DNA of 35,927 bases from Planctomycetota bacterium (GTDB lineage: Bacteria; Planctomycetota; Phycisphaerae; Sedimentisphaerales; Anaerohalosphaeraceae): NCBI GenBank assembly GCA_021160785.1, contig JAGHBX010000562.1:1-35927 (forward strand). The letters are read 5' to 3'. A program made the translations under genes and the position numbers. The notes under the pieces were generated by a model, which was not told where the DNA came from, did no database searches, and saw nothing but the letters and a program-made list of their open reading frames with translations. Positions within the stretch are counted from its first letter, which is position 1, and every line of letters starts with the position of its first letter. Shown piece by piece: positions 15,260-23,160 of this stretch.

Positions 15260-16529
15260 GAACTCGTTAAAAGTTACGAGAAGAAATTTTCTTGCCGCAT
15301 CGGCGTCAGCTTTTGCGATACCGTATATTATCACATCAGACACTCTTGGCAAAGGCGGGAAACCTGCTGCATCACAACGTATAACTGTTGCTCATATTGG
15401 CATAGGCGGTCAGGGTACGCTGGTCATGAATGGTTTTCTGGGACTGAAAGATTCACAATCAATCGCTGTTTGTGATTGCTTCGAAGATCGGCGGCAAGGC
15501 GGGGCTAAGATAGTCGACGATAAATATACGACTACCGGCTGTAGGCAGTACAGCGATTTTCGAGATGTTCTCGCCTCTGATGATATCGATGCGGTAGTAA
15601 TTGCTACTCCCGATCACTGGCATGTTCCTATCGCTATTGCCGCAGCCAAGGCTGGTAAGGATATGTATGTCGAAAAGCCACTTGGAATGAGCATTGAGGA
15701 AAATAAGGCTCTTCGTATAGTTTTAGCGATGTACGGTAATGTTTTCCAGTACGGAACGATGCAGCGGAGTTTCTCATCTCATTGTGCGTTTGCCTGTGAT
15801 ATTGTCCGTAACGGTTATATCGGCGAACTGAAGGAGGTTCATATTACCGCTCCTACGGGAGGTTCCGGTGGTTCAACAGTGCCTGTAGATGTCCCTGAAG
15901 GGCTTGATTATGAAATGTGGCTTGGTCCTGCACCGTTTAGTCCTTTTACGAAAGACCGCTGTACACCGGGCGGGTCATATTTTTGTTATGATAACTCGCT
16001 GGGCTTTATTTCCGGGTGGGGGGCCCATCCCCTCGATATAATGCATTGGGGTTATCCATATATTCCCGTTGAATACGAAGGCACGGGTGTGATTCCGAAG
16101 AAAGGTCTTTATGATACTATAACAAACTGGAACATACGCGGGAAATTTGAAAGCGGCGTAAAGTTCTTCTTTATGGACGGACCGGATATGACAACGTTTA
16201 TTGGTAACGAAGGGACTATTTCCGTTTCGCGCCAGCAGATAACCGCCAATCCCAAATCGTTGCTTAGAACAGTCATTAAGCCAGATGAAATACACCACTT
16301 AAAGAGCAGAAACCACTACGCAGATTTTATTGGTTGTGTCAAGACTCGTTCTGCACCGTCAAGCCCAATCGACAGTGCGGTGCAATCTGACTTTATAAGC
16401 CATCTTAGTGACATAACTATTCGTACAGGTCGCAGGATTAAATGGGATCCGCAAAATGAAACGATAATTGGCGATGAAACCGCCACGAGAATGATGAAAA
16501 GGCCTATGTCAAATCCGTGGCACCTTTGA
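15249..16529 (+). CDS. TAT-signal Gfo/Idh/MocA family oxidoreductase (paralog 2)
   Basis: The track ORF starts at 15234. ATG 15249 gives MANKNSLKVTRRNFLAASASAFAIPYI with a twin-arginine motif. VAHIGIGGQG, DAVVIATPDHWH and VEKPL are present. The start overlaps the last codons of the upstream gene by 11 nt. Confidence 0.9.
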   Translation: MANKNSLKVTRRNFLAASASAFAIPYIITSDTLGKGGKPAASQRITVAHIGIGGQGTLVMNGFLGLKDSQSIAVCDCFEDRRQGGAKIVDDKYTTTGCRQYSDFRDVLASDDIDAVVIATPDHWHVPIAIAAAKAGKDMYVEKPLGMSIEENKALRIVLAMYGNVFQYGTMQRSFSSHCAFACDIVRNGYIGELKEVHITAPTGGSGGSTVPVDVPEGLDYEMWLGPAPFSPFTKDRCTPGGSYFCYDNSLGFISGWGAHPLDIMHWGYPYIPVEYEGTGVIPKKGLYDTITNWNIRGKFESGVKFFFMDGPDMTTFIGNEGTISVSRQQITANPKSLLRTVIKPDEIHHLKSRNHYADFIGCVKTRSAPSSPIDSAVQSDFISHLSDITIRTGRRIKWDPQNETIIGDETATRMMKRPMSNPWHL

Positions 16530-16575
16530 CGTAGGGATCAAATAAGCAACATGTCAGCGTCAACAATAATCGCTG

Positions 16576-17283
16576 ATGACAAACCCTGGAGACATTGTTT
16601 TGAATGCTGGCGATTCATTGAATTTACGAAAAAATACAACAAATAAGAAAGATTTGTCAGATAGACAAGTTGGTCATATTGTTTCGTATACTCATTGGGA
16701 TCGTGAATGGCGATACCCGATCTGGGAAACCCGGCTGATGCTTATTAGTTTTATGGATGAACTGATCGAGTGCCTTGAAAAAGGTCTCTATGCAGGTTTC
16801 CTTTTGGATGGCCAGGTTTCGCCTGTGTTGGATTATCTTGAGATCAAGCCGGAAATGAAAGATCGGCTCATTGCATTGATCAAAGCAGGCAAACTCGAGG
16901 TCGGTCCATGGTTAACGTTGCCGGACGAATATCCGGTTAACGGAGAATGTTTGGTTCGCAATCTTTTGCTTGGCATACGTGAATCTGAAAAACTCGGCGG
17001 TTCCTTTATGTGTGGTTATACCTCATTCGGCTGGGGACAGACTGCTCAATTACCGCAGATATATTCCGGTTTTGGCATTGATGTGGCCATGATCGGCAAG
17101 AAGGTAAATACAGATAGGGCCCCAAAAAATGAATTTCTATGGTTAGCTCCCGACGGCAGCGAACTTATTACCTCCCGGTTTGGCGAATGGGGCAGGCATA
17201 ACTTTATGGTTCATGTCCATCTTTCTGCCCTTATGGGAAAGCACTATACTGATGATGAGTTGGCAATATCAATGGTCCAATGA
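16576..17283 (+). pseudogene. GH38 alpha-mannosidase, N-terminal fragment (frame 1)
   Basis: HIVSYTHWDREWRYP (the GH38 HxHxDxxW-type motif), GKLEVGPWLTLPDEYPVNGECLVRNLLLG, FLWLAPDGSELI. The frame ends at TGA 17281-17283 while the homology continues in the next frame. Confidence 0.8.
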
Positions 17284-19270
17284 CGATGTGTTTTATCATC
17301 GTGCAGATAAGGACCAGAGAGAGCAGGATTTCTTCATACTCAATAAGCCGACTAAATGGCACCCGGAATGGTTAACACCTGAGATGGTCAATGAGTTATG
17401 GGATACGACTAAAGATAGCGTTGTCCCCAACGACAGATTGATGATGGATGGCGTTGACTATGCTCCTCCACAAAAAATGTTGCCTGAAATGATAGACCGT
17501 GTAAATGCCATTGACCCGCAAAAAGGACGCCTTTGGCAGCATACAGTAATGCGAAAATATGCGGAGATCATGCGTCAGAATATTGACAGATCAAAGCTCA
17601 TAAAAGTGTTTGGTGAATTGCGTGACGGCCCTGCAGGACCAACTTCGGGCAATGCACTGACAACCAGACTTTATGTAAAGCAAAAGAACAAGCTGGCTGA
17701 AAACATGTTAATTCGTTTTGCGGAGCCTTTTTCAGTTTTAACTACTATGCTCGGAGTAGAGTACCCATCCGCTCTTCTGGCAAAAGCATGGCAATTCCTT
17801 TTGAACTCTCATCCTCACGACTCGATTAACGGTGTTACTCAGGACAAGACCGTTCGAGATGTTGAAAACCGGTTGGATCAGGTAATTGACATCTCTCAGG
17901 CTCTCGGCAATAAGGCGATGCAGCAATTAATAATGAATATCGACAGATCAGGTTTTGACGAAAAAGATGTGCTGCTGGTGGTATTCAATCCTTTGCCTTA
18001 TCCAAGGCGCGAAGTTATCGATGCACAAGTGGATATCCCGAATGGCGAAGCGAACTTCTGGCCAAAGGCGGAAAATGGTTTATTTGCTTATGATCCCGAC
18101 GGCAAGGCGGTTGCGACGCAATGGATGGGATCGTTCGAGAAGACTTATCCGGTAATACAGTGGCATAGCAGGGGGTTTCCATATCATTGCAACTCACATC
18201 GTCTGTTGATCGATACCGAAGAAATACCTGCCGGCGGCTACAAGGTTTTCAAAGTCGTTTCCGTTGAAGATATAGAGGATAGGGAGATTTGCCATAAGAG
18301 CAGCCTTGTCAGCACGCCTTCACTAAGACTTGAGCCGCACACATTGGAAAATGAATATCTTAACGTTAAATTCAATGCCAATGGTACCTTTGATATTTAT
18401 TGCAAAGAACTGGACCATACGTTTGCCGACTTGAATTATTTTGAGGACCGCGGCGAATTGGGCGACTACTGGATCAATAACGTTCCCGTAAATGACCAGA
18501 TACACACATCGCTTGGCTGCAATGCAAGGATACGGACCAAAGAGCACGGCCCTTTGCAAGCTACTGTTGTTACGGAACTGACAATGGAGATTCCTAAACG
18601 CGGCATACCTTCTGAGCAGTCAAGAAGCGGTGAACTCGAAGAACTCAAGATACAGACATCTGTTACGTTAAAGAAGGACTGTAGGGCTGTTGAAGTTGAG
18701 GTGACTTTTGAAAACAAGTGCAGGGATCATTATTTACGTGTCATGATGCCGACTGATCTTGAAAATGCAACCCACGCCGATTCCGGCGGTCACTTCAATG
18801 TTGACTCCAGGCCGATCAAAACTCAGGGCCCTGAGCCTGGGTGTATTTGGCCTGACATGGTAACATTGCCTCATCAGCGTTTTGTCGATGTCAGTGATTG
18901 CAAGGGCGATTGGTATGAATCAAACATTCCATTGCAGGCAGACATCTTCAATGTTCCTGTTAGAATTGTTCAGACAAAAAAGATGGCTGGTTGCTTACCA
19001 GCCGGCAAGGCAAGTTTGTTTTCGATCGATAACCCCAATATCAGGTTATCCGCATTGAAAAAGGCTCAGGACAGCGATAACTTTATTCTGCGGGTATATA
19101 ACTCTACGGACCAAAAGCAAAATTCTACAGTTACGCTTTGCAAAGAGATCAAACAGGCATGGCAGACAGATTTAAATGAAAAACGGACCGATGCCTGCCA
19201 AATGGAAAAGAACTCTATCAAGTTAGCTCTTGACCCTCGTAAAATTGCAACATTTGAAATTATGATCTAA
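17180..19270 (+). pseudogene. GH38 alpha-mannosidase, middle and C-terminal fragment (frame 2)
   Basis: Continues GH38 features: MMDGVDYAPPQ, GELRDG, WQFLLNSHPHDSINGVTQDKTV, HQRFVDVSD, ILRVYNSTDQ. It overlaps the upstream fragment by 104 nt in a different frame. Confidence 0.8.
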
Positions 19271-19304
19271 AGCTTTTGTCTTAGCTTATCAGGAGCAGGT
19301 TTAA

Positions 19305-20690
19305 ATGAAACGTCTTGTATTTTTTGTTTGCTTAACGATTTATACTTCTATTCTGCCGGCTGCTTCTCAAAAACAGCCTCTTGATCGCGCCGAGCAATTC
19401 GATCTGACTTTAGATCAGGTTATCGCTAAAACGTGCAAGCCGTACGAAGGAAGATCAAATCCATCGGTTGATCCTGAAACCCTTGTCGGCAAAGTACTCT
19501 GCGGATACCAGGGCTGGTTCACCTGCCCGGGCGATGGAAGTGGAAAAGGCTGGTATCATTGGGAGGAACATGTGGATGATGCAGAAAGAGAAAAAGGCAA
19601 GATCGGCGAATTTAAACCGGGTCATTGTTCCATAGACCTTTGGCCCGATGTAAGTGAGCTGGATGAAGATGAAAAATATCCGACTGAATTCAAGCATGCT
19701 GACAGCAGTGTAGCTTATGTATATAGCTCTCTTAACCGCAAGACCGTTGAGCGTCACTATAAGTGGTTGCAGGACTATGGTATTGATGGCACGATGGTGC
19801 AGAGATTTGTTGTTGCAACACACAAACCTAAAGATCTGTGTCACTTTAATACTGTTCTTGCTAACTGCCGGTCGGGTGCTAATGTCCACGGAAGATGCTA
19901 TGCCATAATGTATGATCTTTCAGGAATGACTTCCGCGGATGTTTCACATATTAAATCAGACTGGAAGATGTTAGTTGATAAGATGCGTCTGACGCGTGAT
20001 CCTAACGATAAAGCATATTTGCACCACAAAGGCAAACCCTTGATCGGTCTTTGGGGAATAGGTTTTAATGATTCGCGAAAATACAATTTGGATGATTGTA
20101 GCGAATTGGTTGATTTTTTCAAGAACGATCCGGAGTATGGCGGGATGACCGTACTTTGCGGAGTGCCAGCTTTTTGGCGTACTTTTGGCAGGGACGCTTT
20201 AAATGACAAGAAGCTTCATGAGATCATTTTAAAAGCAGATATTGTTTCGCCATGGATGGTTGGAAGGTTTTCCGGTATCGATGATGTCAATGATTTTTAT
20301 GAAACAGTTTTCAAAGATGATGTATTGTGGTGCAAAGAGAAAGGTTTGGACTACTTGCCTGTTGCCTGGCCGGGCTTTAGCTGGTCGAATTTAACAAAGA
20401 ATAAATCCCAGCTTGGTGTTATTGGCCGCCATAAAGGTGAATTTTTGTGGCAGCAATACGCTGCATTTAAAAAGGCGGGAGTGAATATGTTTTATCAGGC
20501 CATGTTTGATGAAGTTGACGAAGGGACGGTGATTTTTAAATGTACTAACGATCCTCCGGTTGGAAAATCGAAGTTCTTAAGCTACGAAGGCTTGCCGAAC
20601 GATCATTATCTGTGGCTGGTGGGCCAGGGCGGCAGGCTTATTCGTTCTTCTGATGCAGCTGATCTTAATATGCCCGTCAGAATTAAATAG
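19305..20690 (+). CDS. secreted putative glycoside hydrolase, GH99/GH71-like TIM-barrel family (tentative)
   Basis: 461 aa with a signal peptide MKRLVFFVCLTIYTSILPAAS. LCGYQGWF is present, and MFDEVDEGTVIFK resembles the FNEWHEGTQIE motif of GH99 endo-alpha-mannosidases as I recall it. SD AGGAG. Confidence 0.55.
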   Translation: MKRLVFFVCLTIYTSILPAASQKQPLDRAEQFDLTLDQVIAKTCKPYEGRSNPSVDPETLVGKVLCGYQGWFTCPGDGSGKGWYHWEEHVDDAEREKGKIGEFKPGHCSIDLWPDVSELDEDEKYPTEFKHADSSVAYVYSSLNRKTVERHYKWLQDYGIDGTMVQRFVVATHKPKDLCHFNTVLANCRSGANVHGRCYAIMYDLSGMTSADVSHIKSDWKMLVDKMRLTRDPNDKAYLHHKGKPLIGLWGIGFNDSRKYNLDDCSELVDFFKNDPEYGGMTVLCGVPAFWRTFGRDALNDKKLHEIILKADIVSPWMVGRFSGIDDVNDFYETVFKDDVLWCKEKGLDYLPVAWPGFSWSNLTKNKSQLGVIGRHKGEFLWQQYAAFKKAGVNMFYQAMFDEVDEGTVIFKCTNDPPVGKSKFLSYEGLPNDHYLWLVGQGGRLIRSSDAADLNMPVRIK

Positions 20691-20750
20691 CATACGGCAT
20701 GATCGCAATTTTTCTATAGGATAGATTTTATAAAACATGAAGAAAGGAAA

Positions 20751-21812
20751 GTGATTTTGGAATTTATACCGGATTACAGGAATTTTTTAGATGCAGTTAA
20801 TAATGTCAGGCCCCCGCGCCTGCCGCTTTACGAGCATATAATTTGCCCGGAAATTATGGAGAAGATACAATCTGTTAAGTTTGCAGACTTATTTATGGGC
20901 AGCAGTTCCGACGTTGAGGAGTTTTTCAAACATTACTGCAAATTTTTCAAAGATATGACGTATGATACAGTATCGATCGAGTATTGTATAACACCGATCT
21001 TACCCGGCAGCGGAGCTATCTTAGGCGGCATGATCGGCCCAATTCAATCAAGGAATGATTTCAACAAATATCCCTGGGATCAGCTTTCAGAATTGTATTG
21101 GAAGCAGGCTAAGCCTGGATTCGATGCTCTTAGAAAATGTATGCCGGACGGTATGAAAGCTGTTGGCGGAGTCGGTAACGGAGTTTTTGAGATCAGTGAG
21201 GATCTTGTAGGCCTTGAGCAGCTGGCTTATATGCAGATCGACGATCCTGAGTTATTTGCCGATCTGTATATCAAGATCGGGGATTTGATGATGGAAATAT
21301 GGGCTGAATTCCTGAAACAGTATTCGGACATATTTGCGGTATGCAGATTTGGTGATGATCTGGGGCATAAAACCAGCACTCTAACCTCTCCCTCTGTGAT
21401 AATTAATCACATTATTCCGCAATACAAAAGAATCGTTAAATTGATCCACGATAGCTCCATGTCTTTTTTATATCACTCTTGCGGCAAGATTTTTGATGTC
21501 TTTGATGCGATCATCGAAGATGTTGAAATTGACGCCAAACATTCAAACGAAGATGGGATCGCTCCATTTGACGAATGGATAACCAGGTATTCCGAAAGAA
21601 TAGGCCTTGTCGGAGGTATCGATGTTGACATTCTTTGCACCGTTGGCAAAGATGAAATACTTGACATGGTTTTTGAAATGGGAAGCCGATTCAGGAAAAA
21701 CGCAAATGGATTTGCCCTTGGCAGCGGCAATTCAATACCAGATTATGTTCCTGTTGAAGGATTCCTTACAATGATTGAGGCAGTAAAGAAAATCAGAGAA
21801 AAGGAAGAGTAA
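20751..21812 (+). CDS. uroporphyrinogen-decarboxylase (URO-D) fold family protein (MtaA/CmuA-like superfamily)
   Basis: 353 aa. PPRLPLYEHIICPEIMEKI, YHSCGKIFDVFDAIIEDVEIDAKH and GLVGGIDVDIL are typical of URO-D-like proteins. GTG start with GAAAGGAAA upstream. Confidence 0.7.
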   Translation: MILEFIPDYRNFLDAVNNVRPPRLPLYEHIICPEIMEKIQSVKFADLFMGSSSDVEEFFKHYCKFFKDMTYDTVSIEYCITPILPGSGAILGGMIGPIQSRNDFNKYPWDQLSELYWKQAKPGFDALRKCMPDGMKAVGGVGNGVFEISEDLVGLEQLAYMQIDDPELFADLYIKIGDLMMEIWAEFLKQYSDIFAVCRFGDDLGHKTSTLTSPSVIINHIIPQYKRIVKLIHDSSMSFLYHSCGKIFDVFDAIIEDVEIDAKHSNEDGIAPFDEWITRYSERIGLVGGIDVDILCTVGKDEILDMVFEMGSRFRKNANGFALGSGNSIPDYVPVEGFLTMIEAVKKIREKEE

Positions 21813-21923
21813 CTCACATTTTTTATTATTTGAGAGATGTAGAATTCTTTATTTCTATCTAACGAAGGGATCTTTTGTGGGTTACCCTGTTTGTTGGATG
21901 CCCTGAGTAACTTAACAACAGGG

Positions 21924-22071
21924 TTAGATACCGATTCTCGGCTGGCAGCCACTGTGCAGGGTCGTCAGGTGTTTAAAAAAAAGAATTGACTATGTTTCAA
22001 GAATATGCTATTGTTAACGTACACGGCGCAGGTTCTTGGGCTTGCTATCGGGACCCAGAAAGACTTGTATT
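21924..22071 (+). promoter_or_regulatory. cassette copy B (promoter/leader for the prepilin-like gene)
   Basis: -35 TTGACT at 21986-21991, 17-nt spacer, -10 TATTGT at 22009-22014. Leader hairpin at about 22037-22057. A 10-bp bulged hairpin CCCTGT(T)TGTT/AACAACAGGG lies just before it at 21885-21923. Confidence 0.5.
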
Positions 22072-22953
22072 ATGAGAAAAAAAGGATTTACCTTGATTGA
22101 GCTTTTGGTTGTTATCGCCATAATCGCGTTATTGCTCAGTATTCTCATGCCAGTGTTGAATACAGTAAAGAAATCAGTTCAGGGCATCTTATGTGCTTCC
22201 AATGTGCGGCAATTGTCTTTAGGGTGGTTTTTATATAACGAACCAAATGGCGGGAATTTAATGCGTGCTGAAAACAATGAGCTGGTTTTGAGTTCTAGTA
22301 AAATTATCCCTCCGTGGGCGTACCAGTCGGAAATGAACCTGATAGGCGGCCCGGACGAACCTCAGGTAGAGTCTGATAAGGTAGCTATCCGCAGAGGAGC
22401 GTTGTGGCCGTATGTCGAGCATATAAAAGTATATCACTGTCCGGCTGACCGTGTTTCAAGACTCGGGCAGATGTCGGCTAATGTGTACAGGAGTTTTTCG
22501 ATGCCGCAATCGATGAATGGAGATGGTAATGCTTCAGGACAACTTAATCCGTGGCAGGCTTCAAAAGAATCCCGCATCAAAACCCCAAGCGCTAAAATGA
22601 TCTTTCTGACAGAGTTTGACGTCTGGGTTCCCGGTGTGATGGGCAATTGGGGATCGTGGGTTATGGATTACGGCAATCTCGGGAATTTCTGGGATCCTAT
22701 CGCGGTATGGCATAACAATGGAGGGACTCTGGGCTTTGCCGATGGGCACGCTGAGATGCATAAATGGAGAGACCGTGAAACCCTTGAGATGGCGAAAAAC
22801 TTTTCGGTTGGAAATGTTTCTGATCCCGCCAATAACGTCGATGTTATTTACATGAAGAACGCATACCGCGCGACTGGAAGATATAAGTGGCTATTGCCCC
22901 ATAGCCCAAACTCGCCGTTTGGCTGGTTTAGGGTTATTATATCCAATGCCTGA
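22072..22953 (+). CDS. prepilin-type N-terminal cleavage/methylation-domain protein with H-X9-DG motif (DUF1559-like)
   Basis: The track ORF starts at TTG 22036. ATG 22072 gives the canonical MRKKGFTLIELLVVIAIIALLLSILMPVLN. The C-terminal WHNNGGTLGFADGHAEMH is an exact H-X9-DG. Confidence 0.85.
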   Translation: MRKKGFTLIELLVVIAIIALLLSILMPVLNTVKKSVQGILCASNVRQLSLGWFLYNEPNGGNLMRAENNELVLSSSKIIPPWAYQSEMNLIGGPDEPQVESDKVAIRRGALWPYVEHIKVYHCPADRVSRLGQMSANVYRSFSMPQSMNGDGNASGQLNPWQASKESRIKTPSAKMIFLTEFDVWVPGVMGNWGSWVMDYGNLGNFWDPIAVWHNNGGTLGFADGHAEMHKWRDRETLEMAKNFSVGNVSDPANNVDVIYMKNAYRATGRYKWLLPHSPNSPFGWFRVIISNA

Positions 22954-23074
22954 TTTCAGGTCTAAGAATAACTGTAAGTGTAACTAATTGGATATATATA
23001 TGATTTTGAGATAACGTGCAAGTGTGAAAGAGTTTTTTCTACAGAGCATACCAGTATCTAGTTAACCCTGGGAT

Positions 23075-23083
23075 TGGTATAAT
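23075..23083 (+). promoter_or_regulatory. candidate extended -10 promoter TGGTATAAT
   Basis: TGnTATAAT lies about 80 nt upstream of ATG 23161 in an AT-rich intergenic region. No good -35 was seen. Confidence 0.3.
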
Positions 23084-23160
23084 GTTGAAGTTATCCAGTT
23101 GATTCGGATTTATATGTTTTTTTATGTGTCCGTAGGTTTTCAATGGAAGGAAAGGGTTGT

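Noticed and set aside
23036-23048. 13-nt inverted match between 23036-23048 (ttttctacagagc) and 35649-35661 (gctctgtagaaaa)
   Set aside because: Several 13-mer matches are expected by chance among the roughly 1e9 position pairs of a 36-kb window, and the flanks show no extension.
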